Shown here: piece after piece, positions 51,308 to 61,555 of the stretch
Layout of the letters: each line of letters begins with the position of its first letter
Numbering within the stretch: position 1 is the stretch's first letter
Assembly: GCA_937925815.1 (NCBI GenBank)
Contig: CALAMQ010000025.1
Coordinates: 80,186 to 144,185, forward strand
DNA length: 64,000 nucleotides
Reading direction: 5' to 3'
Source of the DNA: an uncultured Granulosicoccaceae bacterium
GTDB taxonomy: Bacteria > Pseudomonadota > Gammaproteobacteria > CALCKW01
Program-made: the position numbers and the translations under genes
The notes under the pieces: model-generated
What the model was told of the DNA's origin: nothing
The model's input: only the letters and a program-made list of their open reading frames with translations
The model's database searches: none

Positions 51308-52915
51308 ATGTACGGCAATTCAGACGCCTCGGTTGTATTGGATGCAGTCGACAGTCCGGCTTGGATCATTGACGAGGGTGAGGTTGTGGCTAGCAACGCA
51401 TCCATGCGTCAGCTCGTCCAATCGATGCTGATTGGGTCTGACACCGAGGCGCTTGCAACGCAGCTCGCCAACCCGAACGACGTTGAGCACTTGGACGCGG
51501 CCTACCAGCAGGCACTGGCGTCAGGTCGAGCCGAAGTCAATCTGCTGCTCTCCTCTGATCGTCGAGCGAAACTCACCGTCACGCGCTTGCCCCAGACCTC
51601 CGAAACGGCGTTGCTGGCAGTGTTGCGCGGTCTGGACGGTGAAAGTCTGGTTGCCGATGCCTGTGCGCAACTCGATGTCTTGCGGCGCAGTCTCTCGGCG
51701 CTTGCGCTCGATCTCACGATCAAATCCGCAGACAGCCGAAAATACCTCTACATCAACCGCAATTCTATTCACGACGTCTCGGTTGATTCCAACCATGTTC
51801 TCGGTCGAACTATTCACGACATCGTGCCAATGGACATCGCGGCCCATTTGTCGGCTGAGGATGAGCGCGTGTTGCGCTCGCCGGGTGGACGGCTGACGCG
51901 CGTCTACGCGTCCTCGCGCGGCCACTACCGAGGACACAAACAAGTTGTCTTTGGTGCAGATGGCAAGCCGGAGCTGATTCTGAGCACGGTGGAAAATGTG
52001 TCTTCGTCAGAGCGCTCTCGGCTCGAGCGCGAACGCAACACATCCGATTTGGCGCGCGCTGAAAATATCGCCAGGGTCGGCAGCTACCGCTGCCACCCCG
52101 CGGGGTCAAAATTGTTTATGTCGGCGTTTTTGCGCCAATTATTCGAATTTGATGACAAGGCGATTGCCGTTCATATGCGTGAATTTCTCGCCAGGCTCGA
52201 ACCTCGATACCGAGAGAGAGTGACCTTTGCGCACGAGCGTTTGCGTCAAGGCAAGTCTGTAGAAAAGCAGCACTTGCGCTATTTCAACCAAAACGGCGAC
52301 ACCTTGCATTTGGAGTTGCGCTGCGAGATGGCGCGCGAGTCTGAGAATGCCCCATTCTCGATTCACGGCACGGTTCACGATGTCACCGATCGCGTCAAAA
52401 CCGAAGAGAAAGTGCGCTTTATGGCGTACCACGACGGTCTGACAAAACTGCCAAACCGCTCGTTTTTTCTGCGCCGCGCCAATCAAGCGATGAGTCACAC
52501 TGCAAACGGTGGTCGGCCATTTGCGCTCCATTTGATAGACCTCGACGGGTTCAAGGCGATCAATGACGCGCGCGGTCACCAGGCTGGTGACCAAGTCTTG
52601 CAGGTGGTCGCCAAACGCATTCAAGCGACGATAAAGAGCAGCGATGTCGGCGCGCGATTCGGCGGTGATGAATTTGCCATTTTACAGCTCGATGTAGAGC
52701 ACGAGTCAGACGCCACGGCGCTGAGTCACCGGTTGATTGAACGCATCAGTGCCGAGATGGCGATTGACGGCGAGACTGCGAGTGTCGGCGCGAGCGTGGG
52801 TATCGCGATTTACCAGGCTGATGAAGCTGATCTGCAGGCCATGATTCACCGCGCTGACGAAGTGTTGTACGTGGCCAAACGCGCTGGCCGTGGCACCTAT
52901 CGATTGGCGAGTTGA
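51308..52915 (+). CDS. PAS/PAC-GGDEF diguanylate cyclase
   Basis: C-terminal GGDEF domain (RFGGDEF, with a KXXD-type motif) preceded by two PAS-like regions. Confidence 0.85.
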   Translation: MYGNSDASVVLDAVDSPAWIIDEGEVVASNASMRQLVQSMLIGSDTEALATQLANPNDVEHLDAAYQQALASGRAEVNLLLSSDRRAKLTVTRLPQTSETALLAVLRGLDGESLVADACAQLDVLRRSLSALALDLTIKSADSRKYLYINRNSIHDVSVDSNHVLGRTIHDIVPMDIAAHLSAEDERVLRSPGGRLTRVYASSRGHYRGHKQVVFGADGKPELILSTVENVSSSERSRLERERNTSDLARAENIARVGSYRCHPAGSKLFMSAFLRQLFEFDDKAIAVHMREFLARLEPRYRERVTFAHERLRQGKSVEKQHLRYFNQNGDTLHLELRCEMARESENAPFSIHGTVHDVTDRVKTEEKVRFMAYHDGLTKLPNRSFFLRRANQAMSHTANGGRPFALHLIDLDGFKAINDARGHQAGDQVLQVVAKRIQATIKSSDVGARFGGDEFAILQLDVEHESDATALSHRLIERISAEMAIDGETASVGASVGIAIYQADEADLQAMIHRADEVLYVAKRAGRGTYRLAS

Positions 52916-52972
52916 GTGTTGTGACACCCTAAGTCAGGCATAATGGGGTAGGTTCTGGCGACCATCCCAGGC

Positions 52973-54106
52973 ATGCGATTCCTGCACACTGCCGACTGGC
53001 ATCTCGGTCGACATCTTCACAATCAGTCTCTATTAGCAGAGCAGTCTCATGCGCTGGACCAGCTGGTTGCGTGGGTTGCCGAGCACCGTGTCGATGCGGT
53101 GCTGATGGCCGGCGATGTCTACGACCGCGCCGTGCCGCCCACTGATGCCGTAGCGCTACTCAGTCGAACACTCGATCGTATTTGTCGAGAGCTCGGTGTG
53201 CCCGTTGTGATGATTTCTGGAAACCACGACAACGCTGAACGGCTCGGATTTGCCTCCTCTCAATTGGCGCCCGCAGGTCTGCATCTTCGCACCGCATTGA
53301 CCGCCGACCCAGACCCCGTGGTGTTGCGAGACAATCACGGTGAAATTGCGGTCTACGCCTTTCCCTATACTGATCCACCACTGGCGCGCAGCGTGTTTGA
53401 GCGAGAGTTCGCTGATCACGACGCGGTTATCGGCTTCCTCTGTGAACGCGCGTTGGCACACAATCCATCGGGGCGCAGATCGGTCGCCATGGCTCATGCC
53501 TTTGTCGACGGCGGCGACCCCTCAGACTCAGAGCGGCCGTTGAGCATTGGCGGCAGTGATCGCGTAGACGCGGCGCACTTTGACGGCTTTGACTACACCG
53601 CGCTTGGGCACCTGCACGGGCCACAGTACAAGGGTCGACCGACTACCCGCTACAGCGGTTCACTCAGCAAATTTTCATTTTCCGAAACGCGGCATAAAAA
53701 GGGCGTTTGCCTGGTTGATCTCGCGGCAGACGGGAAGGTGGATGTGTCGCAGTTGGCATTTTATCCCGCTCGCGATCTACACGTCGTTGAGGGCCACTTT
53801 GAGGATTTACTTCGCGATCCCGATCCAGCGGTCATCGACCACTACGTGTTAATTCGATTATTTGATCACGGCGCCATACTCAATGCCATGCCGCAGTTGC
53901 GCGCAGTCTATCCCCACGTGTTGCACCTCGAGCGCACGATGATGTCACCGGCGAGCGAGCCCGTGCCCGCACGCAAACACCGAGAGATCGGTGTGGTGAA
54001 CCTCTTCAACGATTTCTTGCGCACAGTCAGTGATCAGCCCTTGGACGATGCCCAGCGCGAAGTGCTTGAGTCGGTGTTGGCCTCGCTCGACGGCGGGGAC
54101 AACTGA
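52973..54106 (+). CDS. sbcD: Exonuclease SbcCD, nuclease subunit D
   Basis: MRFLHTADWHLG...GDVYD...GNHD phosphoesterase motifs. Confidence 0.92.
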   Translation: MRFLHTADWHLGRHLHNQSLLAEQSHALDQLVAWVAEHRVDAVLMAGDVYDRAVPPTDAVALLSRTLDRICRELGVPVVMISGNHDNAERLGFASSQLAPAGLHLRTALTADPDPVVLRDNHGEIAVYAFPYTDPPLARSVFEREFADHDAVIGFLCERALAHNPSGRRSVAMAHAFVDGGDPSDSERPLSIGGSDRVDAAHFDGFDYTALGHLHGPQYKGRPTTRYSGSLSKFSFSETRHKKGVCLVDLAADGKVDVSQLAFYPARDLHVVEGHFEDLLRDPDPAVIDHYVLIRLFDHGAILNAMPQLRAVYPHVLHLERTMMSPASEPVPARKHREIGVVNLFNDFLRTVSDQPLDDAQREVLESVLASLDGGDN

Positions 54107-54107
54107 G

Positions 54108-57100
54108 GTGCGGCCACTGCGCTTGACGATGGCGGCATTTGGGCCCTTTGCCGGGGTCGAAGTCATCGACTTCGAGCGCTTGGGCCCGGCTGCGCTGTTT
54201 CTGATCGAGGGCGCGACTGGCGCTGGCAAGACCACCATTCTCGACGCGATTTGCTTTGCGCTCTATGACCGCTCCACTGGCGGTGAGCGCGATGCAAAGC
54301 AGATGCGTTCACATTTCGCCGCGCCCGATCAGCTGACGGAAGTTGAATTGGTGTTTGTGCTCGGTGACACCCGCTATCGCATTCGCCGCGTACCCGAACA
54401 GACGCGTCCGAGCAAACGCGGTGATGGCACAACCACACAGAATGCGGTTGCAGAGCTCTACAGACTCGAAGGTGAGCGCGAAGTGCCGTTGGTTGCGCGC
54501 AAAGTCAGCGAAGCCAACGCCGAGATCACGCGTCTCACGGGCCTGACGGTTGATCAGTTTCGCCAAGTCATGGTGTTGCCGCAGGGGCAGTTTAGAAAAT
54601 TGCTCACAGCCGAGTCCAAAGACCGTCAAGCCATTTTGCAAAACCTGTTTGGTACGGCCTTGTATTCTCGGGTGGCTGAGGCGCTCAAAGCCCGCGCCAG
54701 CGAACTCGCAGCGCAAGACCGGGAACTAAACCTCAAATGTGAAGCGCTGCTGCAATCCGTTGCTGTGGAATCCACGGCGGATCTCGAAACGGCAAGCGCG
54801 GCAAATGCGTCTGAGTTAGACGGTCTCGGCAAGCAGCAGCTCGGGGCGCAAGCGGCATTACAGTCATCCACCAAAGCGCTTGCGGAGTCTGAGCAACTCA
54901 GTGACATTTTGCTGAAACAAGCAAATGTGCTCAAGCAATTGAGCCAACTGGACGCAGAGACCCCGCAGCAACGTGAACGCGAGCACTTGCTTGCGCAACT
55001 CGACGCCGCAGTGGTTCTGTTGCCCGTATGGCAAGCCCGGTCAGAGCGCCTGAAAGAACAGGCTCAGGCCGAGGCCGAGGTGGTGCAGGCCGAGAGCCTA
55101 TTGTCTGCAAGTGTTGCAGCGCAACGCGATGCCGTGGCGGCTTTTGATCAGGCAACTGCTGCGATGGCGGGCCGTGATGCATTGTCAGCGCGCCTGCGCG
55201 ACACCGAACAGGCCATACCGTTGCTCGCAGCGTACAACAAAGCCGAATCAGCACACCGTGATAGTCAAGCGCAACTGTTGGCGGCTGAACGGGCTGAGAT
55301 CGCCGCAGCGAGCGCGTCCACCGACGCTGAGGCATCACAGCTCGGATTGGTGCAACAGTTGAACGATGCGCGCGTTCAGGCTGCCTCTCTGGAGGGATTG
55401 GAGCAGGCGAGAGCGCAACGAGAGCGGCGTCAGCAGGTCCAAAAAGACTGTGAGGTTTTGCGTGCATCCCTGAACGCTTTGCACGAGGACACCGTGGCGC
55501 GGCGCGCTCAACTGGCGCACGCCCAACGAGCGTTTGAAAACGCGTCGCAAGTGCGTGAACAAGCGGAGGGAATCTGGACACACCAGCAGGCGAGGGTGTT
55601 GGCTGCGGGTTTGCGCTCGGGGGCGGCCTGTTTGGTGTGTGGCAGCACGGCACACCCGGCGCCTGCTAACACACAAGGTGAATTGCTCGCCGCTGACAAC
55701 ATCGACCTCGACGCGAGCCGCACCACAGAGCAGCGCGCGCGTGAGTCGCTCGACAACGCATCGGTTCAAGCACGCGATGCCGACCGCGCCGAAGTCAGTG
55801 CCGCCTCTCAACTGAGTGAACTCGAATCCACGCTCGCGGGTTTTAGCTCTGGTGATGACGCGGACCTCGATCAAAATCTGAGTGCTGCGCAATCGGCCGC
55901 CGCCGCGCTCGATGGACTTGAAGCGTCGGCACTGGCAGCGCAACAGCACGCGACTGTGGCCAAAAAGGCCCACCTTGCAAAGCAGGCCGAGGTGCAACAG
56001 ATTTTGCGCGCCGAGGCGGGCGCACGCGCCGAGCGAGATCAGACCCGCGCGGGGCTTGGTGAGACGGTGCCCGACGCGTCGGCACTGGAGGCTGAACGCG
56101 TGGCTTTGGCGCGGGAGCTCGAGGTGTTGGACACCGAGCACAGGGCGCGACAGAACGCGCTCGAGCTTGCGAACATCGACACCGCGCGCGCCTCGACCGC
56201 ACTCGATGCCGCCCGCTTCGCGTTGACCCGTCTAGCGGCCTCAGCTGATGAACACACACGCAGCTGGCGCTCGGCAATCGATGCGAGCCCATTTGCCGAT
56301 GAAGCGGCCTTTTTGGCGACCGAAGAGCGCTTGTCAGAACGTGAATCGGTCGAGCGAGCGTGCGTGCGCTATGCCCAGGCACGTCAATCCGTAACGGCCA
56401 CAGTGGCGCTGCTTGAGCAATCTGTGGCGGGCAGGACAGCGCCGGACCTCGAGGCTTTGCGGCGCGATCTCGTGCAGCGGCGTGACGCCGCGGAGGCCAT
56501 CGAACGGCAACTCGCCGAGGCGCGTGCACGCGCTGAACAACTCGAGCGCACGCAGCGCGCGCTCGCCACACACGAGGCTGATCGCGCCGCGGTGGCGGCG
56601 GCGTATCGCGTCACCGGTTCTCTCAGTCAGGCAGCCAACGGGCAAAATCCGTTAAATTTAAATTTGCAGTCTTTTGTCTTGTCGGTGTTGCTCGATGATG
56701 TCCTGATTGCCGCTGGCGAACGCCTGCAACGCATGACGCGTGGCCGCTATCACCTGATTCGCCGCACCGGTAAGACCCATGGCGCGCGTCAAGCGGGGCT
56801 CGATCTCGACGTCGAAGACAGTCACACCGGCGTGCCGCGACGCGCGGACACGCTCTCTGGTGGAGAGAGTTTCATGGCCGCGCTGGCGTTGGCGCTCGGG
56901 TTGTCTGACGTGGTGCAAGCTTACGCTGGCGGCATACGGTTGGACGCCTTGTTTATCGACGAGGGTTTTGGCTCGCTCGATCCTGAATCACTTGATCTTG
57001 CGGTCCGGGCGTTGGTCGATTTGCAATCAAGTGGACGTCTAGTTGGGGTCATCTCGCATGTTCCCGAACTCGCCGAGCAGATACCCTCACGGCTCACGGT

Positions 57101-57167
57101 GCGTGCCGGACCAACCGGCAGTCACGCTAAACTGATCGTCAACCCGGGCACCGACCCGGTGTCATAA
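54108..57167 (+). CDS. sbcC: Exonuclease SbcCD, ATPase subunit C
   Basis: Walker A GATGAGKTT, then a long coiled coil containing the CXXC zinc hook (ACLVCGSTAHP), then the signature/Walker B/D-loop region (LSGGESF...LFIDEGFGSLD). The GTG start at 54108 overlaps the sbcD stop. Confidence 0.92.
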   Translation: MRPLRLTMAAFGPFAGVEVIDFERLGPAALFLIEGATGAGKTTILDAICFALYDRSTGGERDAKQMRSHFAAPDQLTEVELVFVLGDTRYRIRRVPEQTRPSKRGDGTTTQNAVAELYRLEGEREVPLVARKVSEANAEITRLTGLTVDQFRQVMVLPQGQFRKLLTAESKDRQAILQNLFGTALYSRVAEALKARASELAAQDRELNLKCEALLQSVAVESTADLETASAANASELDGLGKQQLGAQAALQSSTKALAESEQLSDILLKQANVLKQLSQLDAETPQQREREHLLAQLDAAVVLLPVWQARSERLKEQAQAEAEVVQAESLLSASVAAQRDAVAAFDQATAAMAGRDALSARLRDTEQAIPLLAAYNKAESAHRDSQAQLLAAERAEIAAASASTDAEASQLGLVQQLNDARVQAASLEGLEQARAQRERRQQVQKDCEVLRASLNALHEDTVARRAQLAHAQRAFENASQVREQAEGIWTHQQARVLAAGLRSGAACLVCGSTAHPAPANTQGELLAADNIDLDASRTTEQRARESLDNASVQARDADRAEVSAASQLSELESTLAGFSSGDDADLDQNLSAAQSAAAALDGLEASALAAQQHATVAKKAHLAKQAEVQQILRAEAGARAERDQTRAGLGETVPDASALEAERVALARELEVLDTEHRARQNALELANIDTARASTALDAARFALTRLAASADEHTRSWRSAIDASPFADEAAFLATEERLSERESVERACVRYAQARQSVTATVALLEQSVAGRTAPDLEALRRDLVQRRDAAEAIERQLAEARARAEQLERTQRALATHEADRAAVAAAYRVTGSLSQAANGQNPLNLNLQSFVLSVLLDDVLIAAGERLQRMTRGRYHLIRRTGKTHGARQAGLDLDVEDSHTGVPRRADTLSGGESFMAALALALGLSDVVQAYAGGIRLDALFIDEGFGSLDPESLDLAVRALVDLQSSGRLVGVISHVPELAEQIPSRLTVRAGPTGSHAKLIVNPGTDPVS

Positions 57168-57184
57168 GACTCGAGGAATACACC

Positions 57185-58384
57185 ATGTCAGCGCAGTTTT
57201 TACGGTCTCGCCAAGACCTCAAGATGTCAGAGGACTTGTTGCAGCAACGCGATGTGCAACGGGTGAACGAGATGATTGAGCGCCAGGAGGCCGAGGGGCC
57301 GATGGGCACGCGCCGCCGGTTACTCGCAACCTCCGTTCGCATGAGCCGCTCGATGGCGCCGGCAATGCACAAGACCGCCGACGCCTGCATTGAAGCGCTC
57401 GGTGTTGATATCCCAGTTGAGCTCTATGTGTTCGCCAGCGCCCAGTTCAACGCGATGTGCGTCAAACCCGAAGACGGCCGACTCTTCATCATGTTCAGCT
57501 CGAGTCTGCTCGAAGGCTTTGACGAGACGGAATTCAAATTTGTCATGGGGCACGAGCTCGGTCACTACCTCTACGGCCACCACGACATTCCAATCGGGTA
57601 TCTGATGCGCGGCCAGTCGCGGCCCGATCCCAAGCTTGCACTGCAATTGACTGCCTGGTCGCGTCACGCCGAAATCTCAGCTGATCGCGCCGGCGCGCAC
57701 TGCGCGCAAGATCTCAACGGCGTCTCGCGCGGGTTGTTCAAACTCGCCTCTGGCCTCACTGGATCGCTCGTGAATTTCGACCTCGACGCCTTTATGGCGC
57801 AAGTCGACGACATGCAGCACGAGGATGCCGAGCCCGGAGCAGGTGCGCCGACTGGTGACTGGTTCATGACCCACCCTTTCAGCCCGCTTCGGGTGCGCGC
57901 GCTGAAGCTTTTTCATGAATCAGAACTCGCAGTCGCGGGCGGCAAGTCAATTGATTCACTCGACGCTGGCGTGCAGGCCTTGATGGGGCTGATGGAGCCG
58001 AGCTACCTCGACGGTCGAACGCAATCCGATGAATCCATGCGCCGTTTGTTGTTCGCCGGCGCATTGACTGTGGCCAAGGCAGACGGCGCGATCAGCAGCG
58101 AGGAGATCGCGGTCTTTGAGCGTTTTTTTGGCAATGACAGCTACCGCGACTCGCTCAACCTCGATCGCTTAGCCGCCGAGTTGCCAAGCCGCGTTGCGCA
58201 AGTGCGGGAAGATGTCGGGGTTGGACGGCGCATGCAGGTGTTGCGGGATCTGGCGACAATTGCCTGTTCCGACGGCGCAGCCAGTGAGCCCGAACGAGCT
58301 GTCATGCGCTCGCTTGCGCGCGACTTGGAGGTCGAGGTGCACCTCATTGATCAGTTCCTGTGCGCGGTGCCAGAACCCGATTAA
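57185..58384 (+). CDS. Soluble M48-family (Ste24/HtpX-like HELGHxxxxH) metallopeptidase domain fused to a C-terminal TerB-like domain
   Basis: FVMGHELGHYLYGHH matches the Ste24 pattern HELGHWKLGH. No TM helices. The C-terminal ~110 aa (LLFAGALTVAKADGAISSEEIAVFERFF...) resemble a TerB/tellurite-resistance helical domain. Confidence 0.6.
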   Translation: MSAQFLRSRQDLKMSEDLLQQRDVQRVNEMIERQEAEGPMGTRRRLLATSVRMSRSMAPAMHKTADACIEALGVDIPVELYVFASAQFNAMCVKPEDGRLFIMFSSSLLEGFDETEFKFVMGHELGHYLYGHHDIPIGYLMRGQSRPDPKLALQLTAWSRHAEISADRAGAHCAQDLNGVSRGLFKLASGLTGSLVNFDLDAFMAQVDDMQHEDAEPGAGAPTGDWFMTHPFSPLRVRALKLFHESELAVAGGKSIDSLDAGVQALMGLMEPSYLDGRTQSDESMRRLLFAGALTVAKADGAISSEEIAVFERFFGNDSYRDSLNLDRLAAELPSRVAQVREDVGVGRRMQVLRDLATIACSDGAASEPERAVMRSLARDLEVEVHLIDQFLCAVPEPD

Positions 58385-58488
58385 CTGCTGCATCGTCGCG
58401 CGTGGAGGGAACCATATGTTGGCAAATCAATTCCCTCGCAAGCTTCGGCTTTGGCTTGTCGTGGACCGCTTATGTTTGTTAACTTGGT

Positions 58489-59076
58489 GTGACTCCCGGC
58501 CACGCGATGGATAAGACTGGCGTGAGCACCCCGCAGACATCAGCATTACTGCCAGCGATTGCGCGCGGCGATATCCGTGCCGTGCGGCCATTGGTGGACC
58601 GCTACGGTGGTCTGGTGTGGTCGATGCTCTGTCGTCATCTCGGTGCGGATGCGGCTCGCCACGTGAGTTTCCAAGTCTTCCGTGAGCTCTATGACAACGC
58701 GGGATCTCTCAGCCGAGAGGACGTGCCCGAGGTGGTCACGGTTGCCGCAGTCGTGAGACGTCAGCTTGCGACCAGCGGTGCCAGTGCCGCACCCGAACGC
58801 GCCATCAAGTCGCCCTCGGTGCCGGTGTCCGATTGCGTGCGCAGTGTGCCCGCGCTCGTGGCCGTAAGCCGGGCTTTGATATCGCTGCCCAATGATCAAA
58901 AAAGAGCCGTTGAACTCGCGGTGTTACGCGGCTTGAGTGTGCGCGCCATCGCCGACCAAACCGGTTTGTCCGTCTCGGCGGTTCGACGCGGTTTGCGCCA
59001 AGGCTTGCAAGTGCTGCGTGGCGAGATTGGAACCGGCAAACCGGCGGCCACAGAACAAGAGGGCGCGGCGTCGTGA
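58489..59076 (+). CDS. ECF-family RNA polymerase sigma factor
   Basis: Region 2 (LVDRYGGLVWSMLCRHL) and region 4 HTH (LPNDQKRAVELAVLRGLSVRAIADQTGLSVSAVRRGLRQG). The start could be the GTG at 58489 or the ATG at 58507. Confidence 0.75.
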   Translation: MTPGHAMDKTGVSTPQTSALLPAIARGDIRAVRPLVDRYGGLVWSMLCRHLGADAARHVSFQVFRELYDNAGSLSREDVPEVVTVAAVVRRQLATSGASAAPERAIKSPSVPVSDCVRSVPALVAVSRALISLPNDQKRAVELAVLRGLSVRAIADQTGLSVSAVRRGLRQGLQVLRGEIGTGKPAATEQEGAAS

Positions 59077-59912
59077 GCGCCGATTCCAAAGACCTCGCCA
59101 AGCTCCATGAGCTCATGTGCACCGACGCGCTCGAAGGCGGTCTGTCACTTGATGAGTCAGTCGCCTGTCAGCAGTTGACGGAGCAATATGAGCAGGTCAA
59201 CACGCAATTTTATTGGGAGGCCTTGGGCGCGGCGGATTTGGTGCTCGACGGCTCGAGCGCGACGCCGCCGCAAGAAGTGCGTGAGGGTTGGATCGCGCTG
59301 TCAGAATCTCTTGGAATGTCGGTGTCGGCCGACGACCGCCTCGACCAGACCGTGGCAGTGTGGAACGACAACCCGCTCGACGTTGAGCAGTACGCCGAGG
59401 AGCGCGCGCTGTCCGGTGGACAACCGCCGCAGCCGGCCGCACGCAATTGGCCATGGGTTGTCGCGTTGCTGTTGGCTTTGGCAGGCGCGGGTTTTTGGCT
59501 CTACCCCGATGTGCGCAATGCCGTCGAGCGCGAACCTCTGTTTCAGCAATGGCGCGGCACCTTGGCACCTGAAGGCGTAGAGCGTGATGTCACCCTGGCG
59601 TTGACCGGAGAGGTTGTTGGTAACGTGGTGTGGGACGCCGATCAGCAACGAGGCCGGATCGAGGTCAACAGCCGTGCCATGAGTTTTGACGTTGAGCGCC
59701 AGCCCCAAGTTTGGCTTATTGATTCCGACCGCAGTCGAGAACACATACCTGTGGCGCTGCTCAGTGCCAACCGCGTCTTGCACACTGTCGACTTGGTGCC
59801 ACCAGTGCAGATCCGACAATTCGCTGGCGTGTTGATTACCTCGGAGCCGCTCGGTGGCAGTTTGAATCCGTCGCGGACTCACATTCTTGCGGTCAGCAAC
59901 ACCGGGAACTGA
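59073..59912 (+). CDS. Anti-sigma factor, RskA-like (single TM, periplasmic C-terminal domain), translationally coupled to the ECF sigma gene
   Basis: GTGA overlap with the sigma gene. One TM helix (WPWVVALLLALAGAGFWLY) and an anti-sigma-K-like C-terminal domain. Confidence 0.65.
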   Translation: MSADSKDLAKLHELMCTDALEGGLSLDESVACQQLTEQYEQVNTQFYWEALGAADLVLDGSSATPPQEVREGWIALSESLGMSVSADDRLDQTVAVWNDNPLDVEQYAEERALSGGQPPQPAARNWPWVVALLLALAGAGFWLYPDVRNAVEREPLFQQWRGTLAPEGVERDVTLALTGEVVGNVVWDADQQRGRIEVNSRAMSFDVERQPQVWLIDSDRSREHIPVALLSANRVLHTVDLVPPVQIRQFAGVLITSEPLGGSLNPSRTHILAVSNTGN

Positions 59913-60037
59913 CGAAGGTCCGTCGTCAGGCTTCGCTGTCACGGTACACAACGCCATATTAATACGCACTGCTACACTCAGACGGGTATCCGTTTGTGGC
60001 GCGTTTTGAGCGCCGGCCTTGTAGAGGGTGTTTGAAC

Positions 60038-60787
60038 ATGAACTGGCTGGGCACTTTGTCAGTGTGGCTTTGCCTCGCGTGTGTGCTGACAGTGGCGTTG
60101 TTTCAAGATTCACTGTCTCCGGTGTTGATGGCACTGTTGTTGGCTGCAACCGTCGTGAGCACACTGTTGGTATCGCTGTGGACCTGTGGTCCGGCGCGTT
60201 GTGTCGCCGGCCTTTGGCATGCCTTTGTTCACCGTTGGCACGCTGCGGAGGGTGATCGCTTGTTCGGCCGCATGCTCCAGTGGGCTGCCGATGTGCGTCA
60301 GGAAGACGAGTCCGCTTTGAGCAGCATACGTCGCAGTGAACGCAACGCCTTTGCGCGAAATGGACTTGAGCTGTTGAGCCAACACACCAACGCTGTGACC
60401 TTGCGGTTGGCGCTGGAGAAGGACATCCGCCGTGACGAAGACGCAGCCTTGTCAGCGGCAGAGGTGTTTGACACCCTGGCGTCGAATACGGCTGTGGTCG
60501 GACTCGTTGTTGGCAGTGTGGCGGCCTTTGTGATTTTTGCGATCGGCGAGGCGGCATCGGCGTCTTGGCTGCCGGCTTCGATTGCCTTCGGTTTCTCTGT
60601 TGTCACTGCAGTGATCCTCAGTGGCACAGTGTTTCGGCCGCTGGCGTCGCGATTGCGCGCGCGCGGGGTCCGTCGTGGCCACGATCAAGCGAGAAGCATG
60701 AACGGCATGCTCGCCATCTGGCAACGCAAGCACCCAGAGCGGGTGCGCGTGGCGCTGTTTGGCGACCGCTGCTCGGTTGAGATCTGA
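60038..60787 (+). CDS. Four-TM membrane protein, MotA/TolQ/ExbB proton-channel-like topology
   Basis: 2 TM, then a cytoplasmic loop of about 100 aa, then 2 TM (AVVGLVVGSVAAFVIFAIG / IAFGFSVVTAVILSGTVF), then a basic tail. The family call is weak. Confidence 0.4.
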   Translation: MNWLGTLSVWLCLACVLTVALFQDSLSPVLMALLLAATVVSTLLVSLWTCGPARCVAGLWHAFVHRWHAAEGDRLFGRMLQWAADVRQEDESALSSIRRSERNAFARNGLELLSQHTNAVTLRLALEKDIRRDEDAALSAAEVFDTLASNTAVVGLVVGSVAAFVIFAIGEAASASWLPASIAFGFSVVTAVILSGTVFRPLASRLRARGVRRGHDQARSMNGMLAIWQRKHPERVRVALFGDRCSVEI

Positions 60788-60864
60788 GCGTGTCTGGGCC
60801 GCGATTCCGCTCCGGAAGGTGTGAATTTTGCACCAGTGTGTCAGGCCGACCTTAGGACTCTCCC

Positions 60865-61296
60865 ATGCTCAATGCCAGTTTGCTCATTATTGTGGCCGTG
60901 TGTGCATTGGGATTCGGTGCCTGCGCTGTTGTCCTGATGCAGCGCCACAGCTCTCGGGGAGACACCGAGGCAACCAGCGAATTGCGCCTGCGCGTCGCGG
61001 AACTCACCGAGCAAGTCCAGATGGGCGAGGTGGTGATGCAAAACCAAGCGCGGCGTCTCGAGCGTCTCGGATGGGAGTTGAGCCAGCTCAAAGACGTGCG
61101 CCGGGCCCCGGTCGCGCCACCGGCACCGGTGGTCACTGAATCGAGCGAGCGAATCAATCAAGCGATCAAACTTGCCAGGCGTGGCGAATCGGTTGAGTCG
61201 CTGATGTCGTTGTGTGCGCTCGGCCGCGGTGAAGCTGAGCTCTTGGTGAAGCTGCATTACCGAGCACAGCCCGCTGCGAGTTCTGACGCGGCCTGA
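60865..61296 (+). CDS. Small single-TM protein with a coiled-coil and a C-terminal helical domain (DUF2802-like)
   Basis: N-terminal TM LLIIVAVCALGFGACAVVL and a coiled coil ELRLRVAELTEQVQMGEVVMQNQARRLERL. Confidence 0.4.
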   Translation: MLNASLLIIVAVCALGFGACAVVLMQRHSSRGDTEATSELRLRVAELTEQVQMGEVVMQNQARRLERLGWELSQLKDVRRAPVAPPAPVVTESSERINQAIKLARRGESVESLMSLCALGRGEAELLVKLHYRAQPAASSDAA

Positions 61297-61522
61297 TTCC
61301 CAAGCCGTCAGCCGTCAGTGAGCGCAGCGCGTTCGCGCCGCCAATCTCCTACGTAGTACCACAAGCCTTGCGTTGATCATCGCCGCGAGCGGAATTTTGT
61401 GGCCGAGCCTGTGTCTACCTAATTCAAGTGCCGCGTTTTCAACACAAATTGGAATGTGGCATCGAGATTGCAAAGTGTTCTCTATGAGGTGCTTTTTGCT
61501 CTCATCCTCAAACAGTCTTTCA

Positions 61523-61555
61523 CCCGCACCGCGTAAGCCGTGCGGGTTTTTTTTT
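61523..61555 (+). terminator. Rho-independent terminator (CCCGCAC-cgcgtaagcc-GTGCGGG followed by T9)
   Basis: Seen directly. It lies 227 bp downstream of the nearest upstream stop codon and 625 bp upstream of the next gene. Confidence 0.7.
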
